Part shown: piece after piece, positions 25,801-40,000 of the stretch | How the letters are laid out: every line of letters begins with the position of its first letter | How positions within the stretch are numbered: the stretch's first letter is position 1 | Notes under the pieces: model-generated | Told to the model about the DNA's origin: nothing | The model's input: the letters and a program-made list of their open reading frames with translations, nothing else | The model's database searches: none | Position numbers and translations under genes: made by a program | Assembly: GCA_964016885.1 (NCBI GenBank) | Contig: CAXHJY010001472.1 | Location: 806,001-870,000 of the forward strand | From: Eledone cirrhosa | Taxonomy: Eukaryota | Length of the DNA stretch: 64,000 nt | Direction: 5' to 3'

Positions 25801-28800
25801 TTGATTTTTCTACAAATTATCTCGTCCTGATTTTTTTTACAAATCTCCCAGTGATTTTTAAAAAAAAATTATCTCCCCTTCGCTGGCTGGAAATTATCTC
25901 ACCTTGGACGCTGGAAATTATAGCCCCTTGGAGGGCTGGAAATTATCTTCACTTGGACGGCTGGAAATTATCTCCCCTTGATTTTTTTTACAAATTATCT
26001 CCCCCTGATTTTTTTTTACAAATTATCTCCCCCGGATTTTTTTTTATAAATTATCTCCCCCTGATTTTTTTTAACAAATTATCTCCGCCTGATTTTTAAA
26101 AAAAAATTATCTCCCCTTAGACGGCTGGAAATTATCTCCCCTTGGACGGCTGGAAATTATCTCCCCTTGGACGGCTAGAAATTAGACGGCTGAAAATTAT
26201 CTCCCCTTGGACGGCTGCAAATAATCTCCCCTTGATTTTTTTTACAAATTATCTCCCCCTGATTTTTTTTTACAAATTATCTCCCCCTGATTTTTTTTTA
26301 CAAATTATCTCCCCCTGATTTTTTTTTACAAATTATCTACCCCTGATTTTTTTTTACAAATTATCTCCCCCTGATTTTTTTTTACAAATTATCTCCCCCT
26401 GATTTTTTTTTACAAATTATCTCCCCCTGATTTTTTTTTTACAAATTATCTCCCCCTGATTTTTTTACAAATTATCTCCCCCTGATTTTTTTTACAATCT
26501 CCGCCTGATTTTTTAAAAAATGATCTCCCCTTGGACGGCTGGAAATGATCTCCCCTTGGCTGGTTGGAAATTATCTCCCCTTGGACCGCTAGAAATTATC
26601 TCTCCTTGGACGGCTGGAAATTATCTCCCCTTGATTTTTTTACAAATTATCTCCCCCTGATTTTTTTTACAAATCTCCCAGTGATTTTTTAAAAAAAATT
26701 ATCTCCCCTTCGCTGGCTGGAAATTATCTCCCCTTGGACGCTGGAAATTATAGCCCCCTTGGAGGGCTGGAAATTATCTTCCCTTGGACGGCTGGAAATT
26801 ATCTCCCCTTGATTTTTTTTTACAAATTATCTCCCCCTGATTTTTTTTTACAAATTATCTCCGCCTGATTTTTAAAAAAAAATTATCTCCCCTTGGACGG
26901 CTGGAATTATCTCCCCTTGGACGGCTGGAAATTATCTCCCCTTGGACGGCTAGAAATTACCTCTCCTTGGACGGCTGAAAATTATCTCCCCTTGGACGGC
27001 TGCAAATTATCTCCCCTTGATTTTTTTTACAAATTATCTCCCCCTGATTTTTTTTTACAAATTATCTACCCCTGATTTTTTTTACAAATTATCTCCCCCT
27101 GATTTTTTTTTACAAATTATGTCCCCCTGATTTTTTTTTACAAATTATCTCCCCCTGATTTTTTTACAAATTATCTCCCCCTGATTTTTTTACAATCTCC
27201 GCCTGATTTTTTTAAAAATAATCTTCCCTTGGCTGGCGGGAAATTATCTCCCCTTGGACGGCTGGAAATTATCTCCCCTTGGAAGGATAGAAATTATCTC
27301 CCCTTGGACGGCTGGAAATTATCTCCCCTTGCACGGCTGGAAATTATCTCCCCTTGGACAGCTGGAAATTATCTGCCCTTGATTTTGTTTTTACAAATTA
27401 TCTCCCCCTGATTTTTTTTACAAATTATCTCCACCTGATTTTTTAAAAAATTATCTCCCCTTGGACGGCTGGAAATTATCTCCCCTTGGCTGGAAATTAT
27501 CTCCCCTTGGACGGCTAGAAATTATCTCTCTTTGGACGGCTGGAAATTATCTCCCTTTGATTTTTTTACAAATTATCTCCCTCTGATTTTTTTTACAAAT
27601 CTCCCCCTGATTTTTAAAAAAAAATTATCTCCCCTTCGCTGGCTGGAAATTATCTCCCCTTGGACACTGGAAATTATAGCCCCTTGGAGGGCTGGAAATT
27701 ATCTTCCCTTGGACGGCTGGAAATTATCTCCCCTTGATTTTTTTTACAAATTATCTCCCCCTGATATTTTTTTTACAAATTATCTCCCCCTGATTTTTTT
27801 ACAAATTATCTCCCCCTGATTTTTTTTACAAATTATCTCCGCCTGATTTTTTTAAATATTATCTTCCCTTGGCTGGCGGGAAATTATCTCCCCTTGGACG
27901 GTTGGAAATTATCTCCCCTTGCACTGCTGGAAATTATCTCCCCTTGGACGGCTGGAAATTATCTCCCCTTGCACGGCTGGAAATTATCATCCCCTTGGAC
28001 GGCTGAAAATTATCTCCCCTTGATTTTTTTTTACAAATTATCTGCCCCTGATTTTTTTTTACAAATTATCTCCCCCTGATTTTTTTTTACAAATTATCTC
28101 CGCCTGATTTTTAAAAAAAAATTATCTCCCCTTAGACGGCTGGAAATTATCTCCCCTTGGACGGCTGGAAATTATCTCCCCTTGGACGGCTAGAAATTGG
28201 ACGGCTGAAAATTATCTCCCCTTGGACGGCTGCAAATTATCTCCCCTTGATTTTTTTTACAAATTATCTCCCCCTGATTTTTTTTTACAAATTATCTCCC
28301 CCTGATTTTTTTTTTACAAATTATCTCCCCCTGATTTTTTTACAAATTATCTCCCCCTGATTTTTTTTACAATCTCCGCCTGATTTTTTAAAAAATTATC
28401 TTCCCTTGGCTGGCGGGAAATTATCTCCCCTTGGACGGCTGGAAATTATCTCCCCTTGGCTGGAAATTATCTCCCCTTGGACACTGGAAATTATAGCCCC
28501 TTGGAGGGCTGGAAATTATCTTCCCTTGGACGGCTGGAAATTATCTCCCCTTGATTTTTTTACAAATTATCTGCCCCTGATTTTTTTTTACAAATTATCT
28601 CCCCCTGATTTTTTTTTACAAATTATCTACCCCTGATTTTTTTTACAAATTATCTCCCCCTGATTTTTTTTTTACAAATTATCTCCCCCTGATTTTTTTA
28701 AAAATGATCTCCCCTTGGACGGCTGGAAATGATCTCCCCTTGGCTGGTTGGAAATTATCTCCCCTTGGACCGCTAGAAATTATCTCTCCTTGGACGGCTG

Positions 28801-29817
28801 GAAATTATTTCCCCTTGATTTTTTTTACAAATCTCCCCCTAATTTAAAAAAAAATTATCTCCCCTTCGCTGGCTGGAAATTATCTCCCTTTGGACGGCTG
28901 GAAATTATAGCCCCTTGTAGGGCTGGAAATTATCTCCCCTTGGACGGCTGGAAATTATCTCCCCTTGATTTTTTTTACAAATTATCTCCCCCTGATTTTT
29001 TTAAAAATGATCTCCCCTTGGACGGCTGGAAATGATCTCCCCTTGGCTGGTTGGAAATTATCTCCCCTTGGACCGCTAGAAATTATCTCTCCTTGGATGG
29101 CTGGAAATTATCTCCCCTTGATTTTTCTACAAATTATCTCCCCCTGATTTTTTTTACAAATCTCCCAGTGATTTTTAAAAAAAATTTTCTCCCCTTCGCT
29201 GGCTGGAAATTATCTCCCCTTGGACGCTGGAAATTATAGCCCCTTGGAAGGCTGGAAATTATCTTCCCTTGGACGGCTGGAAATTATCTCCCCTTGATTT
29301 TTTTTTACAAATTATCTCCCCCTGATTTTTTTTTTTACAAATTATCTCCCCCTGATTTTTTTTAACAAATTATCTCCCCTTGGACGGCTGGAAATTATCT
29401 CCCCTTGGACGGCTGGAAATTATCTCCCCTTGGACGGCTGGAAATTATCTCCCCTTGGACGGCTAGAAATTACCTCTCCTTGGACGGCTGAAAATTATCT
29501 CCCCTTGGACGGCTGCAAATTATCTCCCCTTGATTTTTTTTACAAATTATCTCCCCTTGATTTTTTTTACAAATTATCTCCCCCTGATTTTTTTTACAAA
29601 TTATCTTCCCTTGGACGGCTGGAAATTATCTCCCCTTGGAAGGATGGAAATTATCTCCCCTTGGACGGCTGGAAATTATCTCCCCTTGCACGGCTGGAAA
29701 TTATCTCCCCTTGGACAGCTGGAAATTATCTGCCCTTGATTTTGTTTTTACAAATTATCTCCCCCTGATTTTTTTTACAAATTATCTCCACCTGATTTTT
29801 TTAAAAATTATCTCCCC
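22893..29817 (+). repeat. One near-complete copy of the ~7 kb higher-order repeat (6925 bp here; about 6.55-7.1 kb in other copies)
   Basis: The identical 110-aa pseudo-ORF marker recurs at 1256, 7806, 11926, 22893, 29818, 34762, 45502 and 54287. The order of rare variants is preserved between copies (AAATAATCTCTCC, CTGACTTT, CTTGCCTTGG, TATGTTCCC, CTCGTCC, CCCGGAT, GGATAGAA, GCACTGC, TCATCCCC). Confidence 0.9.
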
Positions 29818-32800
29818 TTGGACGGCTGGAAATTATCTCCCCTTGGCTGGAAATTATCTCCCCTTGGACGGCTAGAAATTATCTCTCTTTGGACGGCTGG
29901 AAATTATCTCCCTTTGATTTTTTTAACAAATTATCTCCCTCTGATTTTTTTTACAAATCTCCCCCTGATTTTTTTAAAAAAATTATCTCCCCTTCGCTGG
30001 CTGGAAATTATCTCCCCTTGGACACTGGAAATTATAGCCCCCTGGAGGGCTGGAAATTATCTTCCCTTGGACGGCTGGAAATTATCTCCCCTTGATTTTT
30101 TTTACAAATTATCTCCCCCTGATTTTTTTTTACAAATTATCTCCCCCTGATTTTTTTTACAAATTATCTCCCCCTGATTTTTTTTTACAAATTATCTCCC
30201 CCTGATATTTTTTTTACAAATTATCTCCGCCTGATTTTTTAAAAAAAATTATCTCCCCTTGGACGGCTGGAAATTATCTCCCCTTGGACGGCTGGAAATT
30301 ATCTCCCCTTGGACGGCTAGAAATTACCTCTCCTTGGACGGCTGAAAATTATCTCCCCTTGGACGGCTGCAAATTATCTCCCCTTGATTTTTTTACAAAT
30401 TATCTCCCCCTGATTTTTTTTTTACAAATTATCTCCCCCTGATTTTTTTTTTACAAATCTCCGCCTGATTTTTAAAAAAAATTATCTCCCCTTGGACGGC
30501 TGGAAATTATCTCCCCTTGGACGGCTGGAAATTATCTTCCCTTGGACGGTTAGAAATTACCTCTCCTTGGACGGCTGAAAATTATCTCCCCTTGGACGGC
30601 TGGAAATTATCTCCCCTTGATTTTTTTACAAATTATCTGCCGCTGATTTTTTTTTTACAAATTATCTCCCCCTGATTTTTTTAAAAATGATCTCCCCTTG
30701 GACGGCTGGAAATGATCTCCCCTTGGCTGGTTGGAAATTATCTCCCCTTGGACCGCTAGAAATAATCTCTCCTTGGACGGCTGGAAATTATCTCCCCTTG
30801 ATTTTTTTTACAAATCTCCCCCTAATTTAAAAAAAAATTATCTCCCCTTCGCTGGCTGGAAATTATCTCCCTTTGGACGGCTGGAAATTATAGCCCCTTG
30901 TAGGGCTGGAAATTATCTCCCCTTGGACGGCTGGAAATTATCTCCCCTTGATTTTTTTTTACAAATTATCTCCCCCGGATTTTTTTTTATAAATTATCTC
31001 CCCCTGATTTTTTTTAACAAATTATCTCCGCCTGATTTTTAAAAAAAAATTATCTCCCCTTAGACGGCTGGAAATTATCTCCCCTTGGACGGCTGGAAAT
31101 TATCTCCCCTTGGACGGCTAGAAATTAGACGGCTGAAAATTATCTCCCCTTGGACGGCTGCAAATAATCTCCCCTTGATTTTTTTTACAAATTATCTCCC
31201 CCTGATTTTTTTTTACAAATTATCTCCCCCTGATTTTTTTTTACAAATTATCTCCCCCTGATTTTTTTTTACAAATTATCTACCCCTGATTTTTTTTTAC
31301 AAATTATCTCCCCCTGATTTTTTTTTACAAATTATCTCCCCCTGATTTTTTTTTACAAATTATCTCCCCCTGATTTTTTTTTTACAAATTATCTCCCCCT
31401 GATTTTTTTACAAATTATCTCCCCCTGATTTTTTTTACAATCTCCGCCTGATTTTTTAAAAAATGATCTCCCCTTGGACGGCTGGAAATGATCTCCCCTT
31501 GGCTGGTTGGAAATTATCTCCCCTTGGACCGCTAGAAATTATCTCTCCTTGGACGGCTGGAAATTATCTCCCCTTGATTTTTTTACAAATTATCTCCCCC
31601 TGATTTTTTTTACAAATCTCCCAGTGATTTTTTAAAAAAAATTATCTCCCCTTCGCTGGCTGGAAATTATCTCCCCTTGGACGCTGGAAATTATAGCCCC
31701 CTTGGAGGGCTGGAAATTATCTTCCCTTGGACGGCTGGAAATTATCTCCCCTTGATTTTTTTTTACAAATTATCTCCCCCTGATTTTTTTTTACAAATTA
31801 TCTCCGCCTGATTTTTAAAAAAAAATTATCTCCCCTTGGACGGCTGGAATTATCTCCCCTTGGACGGCTGGAAATTATCTCCCCTTGGACGGCTAGAAAT
31901 TACCTCTCCTTGGACGGCTGAAAATTATCTCCCCTTGGACGGCTGCAAATTATCTCCCCTTGATTTTTTTTACAAATTATCTCCCCCTGATTTTTTTTTA
32001 CAAATTATCTACCCCTGATTTTTTTTACAAATTATCTCCCCCTGATTTTTTTTTACAAATTATGTCCCCCTGATTTTTTTTTACAAATTATCTCCCCCTG
32101 ATTTTTTTACAAATTATCTCCCCCTGATTTTTTTTACAATCTCCGCCTGATTTTTTAAAAAATAATCTTCCCTTGGCTGGCGGGAAATTATCTCCCCTTG
32201 GACGGCTGGAAATTATCTCCCCTTGGAAGGATAGAAATTATCTCCCCTTGGACGGCTGGAAATTATCTCCCCTTGCACGGCTGGAAATTATCTCCCCTTG
32301 GACAGCTGGAAATTATCTGCCCTTGATTTTGTTTTTACAAATTATCTCCCCCTGATTTTTTTTACAAATTATCTCCACCTGATTTTTAAAAAAATTATCT
32401 CCCCTTGGACGGCTGGAAATTATCTCCCCTTGGCTGGAAATTATCTCCCCTTGGACGGCTAGAAATTATCTCTCTTTGGACGGCTGGAAATTATCTCCCT
32501 TTGATTTTTTTACAAATTATCTCCCTCTGATTTTTTTTACAAATCTCCCCCTGATTTTTAAAAAAAAATTATCTCCCCTTCGCTGGCTGGAAATTATCTC
32601 CCCTTGGACACTGGAAATTATAGCCCCTTGGAGGGCTGGAAATTATCTTCCCTTGGACGGCTGGAAATTATCTCCCCTTGATTTTTTTTACAAATTATCT
32701 CCCCCTGATATTTTTTTTACAAATTATCTCCCCCTGATTTTTTTACAAATTATCTCCCCCTGATTTTTTTTACAAATTATCTCCGCCTGATTTTTTTAAA

Positions 32801-35800
32801 TATTATCTTCCCTTGGCTGGCGGGAAATTATCTCCCCTTGGACGGTTGGAAATTATCTCCCCTTGCACTGCTGGAAATTATCTCCCCTTGGACGGCTGGA
32901 AATTATCTCCCCTTGCACGGCTGGAAATTATCATCCCCTTGGACGGCTGAAAATTATCTCCCCTTGATTTTTTTTTACAAATTATCTGCCCCTGATTTTT
33001 TTTTACAAATTATCTCCCCCTGATTTTTTTTTACAAATTATCTCCGCCTGATTTTTAAAAAAAAATTATCTCCCCTTAGACGGCTGGAAATTATCTCCCC
33101 TTGGACGGCTGGAAATTATCTCCCCTTGGACGGCTAGAAATTGGACGGCTGAAAATTATCTCCCCTTGGACGGCTGCAAATTATCTCCCCTTGATTTTTT
33201 TTACAAATTATCTCCCCCTGATTTTTTTTTACAAATTATCTCCCCCTGATTTTTTTTTTACAAATTATCTCCCCCTGATTTTTTTACAAATTATCTCCCC
33301 CTGATTTTTTTTACAATCTCCGCCTGATTTTTTAAAAAATTATCTTCCCTTGGCTGGCGGGAAATTATCTCCCCTTGGACGGCTGGAAATTATCTCCCCT
33401 TGGCTGGAAATTATCTCCCCTTGGACACTGGAAATTATAGCCCCTTGGAGGGCTGGAAATTATCTTCCCTTGGACGGCTGGAAATTATCTCCCCTTGATT
33501 TTTTTACAAATTATCTGCCCCTGATTTTTTTTTACAAATTATCTCCCCCTGATTTTTTTTTACAAATTATCTACCCCTGATTTTTTTTACAAATTATCTC
33601 CCCCTGATTTTTTTTTTACAAATTATCTCCCCCTGATTTTTTTAAAAATGATCTCCCCTTGGACGGCTGGAAATGATCTCCCCTTGGCTGGTTGGAAATT
33701 ATCTCCCCTTGGACCGCTAGAAATTATCTCTCCTTGGACGGCTGGAAATTATTTCCCCTTGATTTTTTTTACAAATCTCCCCCTAATTTAAAAAAAAATT
33801 ATCTCCCCTTCGCTGGCTGGAAATTATCTCCCTTTGGACGGCTGGAAATTATAGGCCCTTGTAGGGCTGGAAATTATCTCCCCTTGGACGGCTGGAAATT
33901 ATCTCCCCTTGATTTTTTTTACAAATTATCTCCCCCTGATTTTTTTAAAAATGATCTCCCCTTGGACGGCTGGAAATGATCTCCCCTTGGCTGGTTGGAA
34001 ATTATCTCCCCTTGGACCGCTAGAAATTATCTCTCCTTGGATGGCTGGAAATTATCTCCCCTTGATTTTTCTACAAATTATCTCCCCCTGATTTTTTTTA
34101 CAAATCTCCCAGTGATTTTTAAAAAAAATTTTCTCCCCTTCGCTGGCTGGAAATTATCTCCCCTTGGACGCTGGAAATTATAGCCCCTTGGAAGGCTGGA
34201 AATTATCTTCCCTTGGACGGCTGGAAATTATCTCCCCTTGATTTTTTTTTACAAATTATCTCCCCCTGATTTTTTTTTTTACAAATTATCTCCCCCTGAT
34301 TTTTTTTAACAAATTATCTCCCCTTGGACGGCTGGAAATTATCTCCCCTTGGACGGCTGGAAATTATCTCCCCTTGGACGGCTGGAAATTATCTCCCCTT
34401 GGACGGCTAGAAATTACCTCTCCTTGGACGGCTGAAAATTATCTCCCCTTGGACGGCTGCAAATTATCTCCCCTTGATTTTTTTTACAAATTATCTCCCC
34501 TTGATTTTTTTTACAAATTATCTCCCCCTGATTTTTTTTACAAATTATCTTCCCTTGGACGGCTGGAAATTATCTCCCCTTGGAAGGATGGAAATTATCT
34601 CCCCTTGGACGGCTGGAAATTATCTCCCCTTGCACGGCTGGAAATTATCTCCCCTTGGACAGCTGGAAATTATCTGCCCTTGATTTTGTTTTTACAAATT
34701 ATCTCCCCCTGATTTTTTTTACAAATTATCTCCACCTGATTTTTTTAAAAATTATCTCCCCTTGGACGGCTGGAAATTATCTCCCCTTGGCTGGAAATTA
34801 TCTCCCCTTGGACGGCTAGAAATTATCTCTCTTTGGACGGCTGGAAATTATCTCCCTTTGATTTTTTTAACAAATTATCTCCCTCTGATTTTTTTTACAA
34901 ATCTCCCCCTGATTTTTTTAAAAAAATTATCTCCCCTTCGCTGGCTGGAAATTATCTCCCCTTGGACACTGGAAATTATAGCCCCCTGGAGGGCTGGAAA
35001 TTATCTTCCCTTGGACGGCTGGAAATTATCTCCCCTTGATTTTTTTTACAAATTATCTCCCCCTGATTTTTTTTTACAAATTATCTCCCCCTGATTTTTT
35101 TTACAAATTATCTCCCCCTGATTTTTTTTTACAAATTATCTCCCCCTGATATTTTTTTTACAAATTATCTCCGCCTGATTTTTTAAAAAAAATTATCTCC
35201 CCTTGGACGGCTGGAAATTATCTCCCCTTGGACGGCTGGAAATTATCTCCCCTTGGACGGCTAGAAATTACCTCTCCTTGGACGGCTGAAAATTATCTCC
35301 CCTTGGACGGCTGCAAATTATCTCCCCTTGATTTTTTTTACAAATTATCTCCCCCTGATTTTTTTTTTACAAATTATCTCCCCCTGATTTTTTTTTTACA
35401 AATCTCCGCCTGATTTTTAAAAAAAATTATCTCCCCTTGGACGGCTGGAAATTATCTCCCCTTGGACGGCTGGAAATTATCTTCCCTTGGACGGTTAGAA
35501 ATTACCTCTCCTTGGACGGCTGAAAATTATCTCCCCTTGGACGGCTGGAAATTATCTCCCCTTGATTTTTTTACAAATTATCTGCCCCTGATTTTTTTTT
35601 ACAAATTATCTCCCCCTGATTTTTTTAAAAATGATCTCCCCTTGGACGGCTGGAAATGATCTCCCCTTGGCTGGTTGGAAATTATCTCCCCTTGGACCGC
35701 TAGAAATAATCTCTCCTTGGACGGCTGGAAATTATCTCCCCTTGATTTTTTTTACAAATCTCCCCCTAATTTAAAAAAAAATTATCTCCCCTTCGCTGGC

Positions 35801-35899
35801 TGGAAATTATCTCCCTTTGGACGGCTGGAAATTATAGCCCCTTGTAGGGCTGGAAATTATCTCCCCTTGGACGGCTGGAAATTATCTCCCCTTGATTTT
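26010..35899 (+). repeat. ~4944-bp tandem duplication
   Basis: The offset is 4943-4944 (26893/31836, 27894/32838, 28748/33692, 29818/34762, 30731/35675). Shared private variants are AATTAGACGG, GCAAATAATC, TTATGTCCCC and GACGGTTAGAA. Confidence 0.92.
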
Positions 35900-37089
35900 C
35901 TTTACAAATTATCTCCCCCTGACTTTTTTAAAAATGATCTCCCCTTGGACGGCTGGAAATGATCTCCCCTTGGCTGGTTGGAAATTTTCTCCCCTTGGAC
36001 CGCTAGAAATTATCTCTCCTTGGACGGCTGGAAATTATCTCCCCTTGATTTTTTTACAAATTATCTCCCCCTGATTTTTTTTACAAATCTCCCAGTGATT
36101 TTTTAAAAAAATTATCTCCCCTTCGCTGGCTGGAAATTATCTCCCCTTGGACGCTGGAAATTATAGCCCCTTGGAGGGCTGGAAATTATCTTCCCTTGGA
36201 CGGCTGGAAATTATCTCCCCTTGATTTTTTTTTACAAATTATCTCCCCCTGATTTTTTTTTACAAATTATCTCCCCCTGATTTTTTTTACAAATTATCTC
36301 CCCCTGATTTTTTTTAACAAATTATCTCCCCTTGGACGGCTGGAAATTATCTCCCCTTGGACGGCTGGAAATTATCTCCCCTTGGACGGCTAGAAATTAC
36401 CTCTCCTTGGACAGCTGAAAATTATCTCCCCTTGGACGGCTGCAAATTATCTCCCCTTGATTTTTTTTACAAATTATCTCCCCTTGATTTTTTTTTACAA
36501 ATTATCTCCCCCTGATTTTTTTTACAAATTATCTCCCCCTGATTTTTTTTTACAAATTATCTCCCCCTGATTTTTTTTACAAAATATCTCCCCCTGATTT
36601 TTTTACAAATTATCTCCCCCTGATTTTTTTTACAATCTCCGCCTGATTTTTTTAAAAATTATCTTGCCTTGGCTGGCTGGAAATTATCTCCCCTTGGACG
36701 GCTGGAAATTATCTCCCCTTGGAAGGATGGAAATTATCTCCCCTTGGACGGCTGGAAATTATCTCCCCTTGCACGGCTGGAAATTATCTCCCCTTGGACA
36801 GCTGGAAATTATCTGCCCTTGATTTTGTTTTTACAAATTATGTTCCCCTGATTTTTTTTACAAATTATCTCCACCTGATTTTTTAAAAAATTATCTCCCC
36901 TTGGACGGCTGGAAATTATCTCCCCTTGGTTGGAAATTATCTCCCCTTGGACGGCTAGAAATTATCTCTGTTTGGACGGCTGGAAATTATCTCCCTTTGA
37001 TTTTTTTAACAAATTATCTCCCTCTGATTTTTTTTACAAATCTCCCCCTGATTTTTTAAAAAAAATTATCTCCCCTTCGCTGGCTGGAA

Positions 37090-40000
37090 ATTATCTCCCC
37101 TTGGACACTGGAAATTATAGCCCCCTGGAGGGCTGGAAATTATCTTCCCTTGGACGGCTGGAAATTATCTCCCCTTGATTTTTTTTACAAATTATCTCCC
37201 CCTGATTTTTTTTTTACAAATTATCTCCCCCTGATTTTTTTTACAAATTATCTCCCCCTGATTTTTTTACAAATTATCTCCGCCTGATTTTTTTAAAAAT
37301 TATCTTCCCTTGGCTGGCGGGAAATTATCTCCCCTTGGACGGCTGGAAATTATCTCCCCTTGGAAGGATGGAAATTATCTCCCCTTGGACAGCTGGAAAT
37401 TATCTCCCCTTGGACGGCTGAAAATTATCTCCCCTTGATTTTTTTTTTACAAATTATCTCCCCCTGATTTTTTTTTACAAATTATCTCCCCCTGATTTTT
37501 TTTTTACAAATTATCTCTCCCTGATTTTTTTTTACAAATATCTCCCCTTGGCTGGCTGGAAATTATCTCCCCTTGGACGGTTGGAAATTATCTCCCCTTG
37601 GACGGCTGGAAATTATCTCCCCTTGGACGGCTGGAAATTATCTCCTCTTGGACGGCTGGAAATTATCTCCCCTTGGACGGCTGGAAATTATCTGCCCTTG
37701 ATTTTTTTTTACAAATTATCTCCCCCTGATTTTTTTAAAAATGATCTCCCCTTGGACGGCTGGAAATGATCTCCCCTTGGCTGGTTGGAAATTATCTCCC
37801 CTTGGACCGCTAGAAATTATCTCTCCTTGGACGGCTGGAAATTATCTCCCCTTGATTTTTTTACAAATTATCTCGTCCTGATTTTTTTTACAAATCTCCC
37901 AGTGATTTTTAAAAAAAAATTATCTCCCCTTCGCTGGCTGGAAATTATCTCATCTTGGACGCTGGAAATTATAGCCCCTTGGAGGGCTGGAAATTATCTT
38001 CACTTGGACGGCTGGAAATTATCTCCCCTTGATTTTTTTTACAAATTATCTCCCCCTGATTTTTTTTTACAAATTATCTCCCCCGGATTTTTTTTTATAA
38101 ATTATCTCCCCCTGATTTTTTTTAACAAATTATCTCCGCCTGATTTTTAAAAAAAAATTATCTCCCCTTAGACGGCTGGAAATTATCTCCCCTTGGACGG
38201 CTGGAAATTATCTCCCCTTGGACGGCTAGAAATTGGACGGCTGAAAATTATCTCCCCTTGGACGGCTGCAAATTATCTCCCCTTGATTTTTTTTACAAAT
38301 TATCTCCCCCTGATTTTTTTTTACAAATTATCTCCCCCTGATTTTTTTTTACAAATTATCTCCCCCTGATTTTTTTTTACAAATTATCTACCCCTGATTT
38401 TTTTTTACAAATTATCTCCCCCTGATTTTTTTTTACAAATTATCTCCCCCTGATTTTTTTTTACAAATTATCTCCCCCTGATTTTTTTTTTACAAATTAT
38501 CTCCCCCTGATTTTTTTACAAATTATCTCCCCCTGATTTTTTTACAATCTCCGCCTGATTTTTTAAAAAATGATCTCCCCTTGGACGGCTGGAAATGATC
38601 TCCCCTTGGCTGGTTGGAAATTATCTCCCCTTGGACCGCTAGAAATTATCTCTCCTTGGACGGCTGGAAATTATCTCCCCTTGATTTTTTTACAAATTAT
38701 CTCCCCCTGATTTTTTTTACAAATCTCCCAGTGATTTTTTAAAAAAAATTATCTCCCCTTCGCTGGCTGGAAATTATCTCCCCTTGGACGCTGGAAATTA
38801 TAGCCCCCTTGGAGGGCTGGAAATTATCTTCCCTTGGACGGCTGGAAATTATCTCCCCTTGATTTTTTTACAAATTATCTCCCCCTGATTTTTTTTTACA
38901 AATTATCTCCGCCTGATTTTTAAAAAAAAATTATCTCCCCTTGGACGGCTGGAATTATCTCCCCTTGGACGGCTGGAAATTATCTCCCCTTGGACGGCTA
39001 GAAATTACCTCTTCTTGGACGGCTGAAAATTATCTCCCCTTGGACGGCTGCAAATTATCTCCCCTTGATTTTTTTTACAAATTATCTCCCCCTGATTTTT
39101 TTTTACAAATTATCTACCCCTGATTTTTTTTACAAATTATCTCCCCCTGATTTTTTTTTACAAATTATCTCCCCCTGATTTTTTTTTACAAATTATCTCC
39201 CCCTGATTTTTTTACAAATTATCTCCCCCTGATTTTTTTTACAATCTCCGCCTGATTTTTTAAAAAATAATCTCCCCTTGGCTGGCGGGAAATTATCTCC
39301 CCTTGGACGGCTGGAAATTATCTCCCCTTGGAAGGATAGAAATTATCTCCCCTTGGACGGCTGGAAATTATCTCCCCTTGCACGGCTGGAAATTATCTCC
39401 CCTTGGACAGCTGGAAATTATCTGCCCTTGATTTTGTTTTTACAAATTATCTCCCCCTGATTTTTTTTACAAATTATCTCCACCTGATTTTTTAAAAAAT
39501 TATCTCCCCTTGGACGGCTGGAAATTATCTCCCCTTGGCTGGAAATTATCTCCCCTTGGACGGCTAGAAATTATCTCTCTTTGGACGGCTGGAAATTATC
39601 TCCCTTTGATTTTTTTTACAAATTATCTCCCTCTGATTTTTTTTACAAATCTCCCCCTGATTTTTAAAAAAAAATTATCTCCCCTTCGCTGGCTGGAAAT
39701 TATCTCCCCTTGGACACTGGAAATTATAGCCCCTTGGAGGGCTGGAAATTATCTTCCCTTGGACGGCTGGAAATTATCTCCCCTTGATTTTTTTTACAAA
39801 TTATCTCCCCCTGATATTTTTTTTACAAATTATCTCCCCCTGATTTTTTTACAAATTATCTCCCCCTGATTTTTTTTACAAATTATCTCCGCCTGATTTT
39901 TTTAAATATTATCTTCCCTTGGCTGGCGGGAAATTATCTCCCCTTGGACGGTTGGAAATTATCTCCCCTTGCACTGCTGGAAATTATCTCCCCTTGGACG

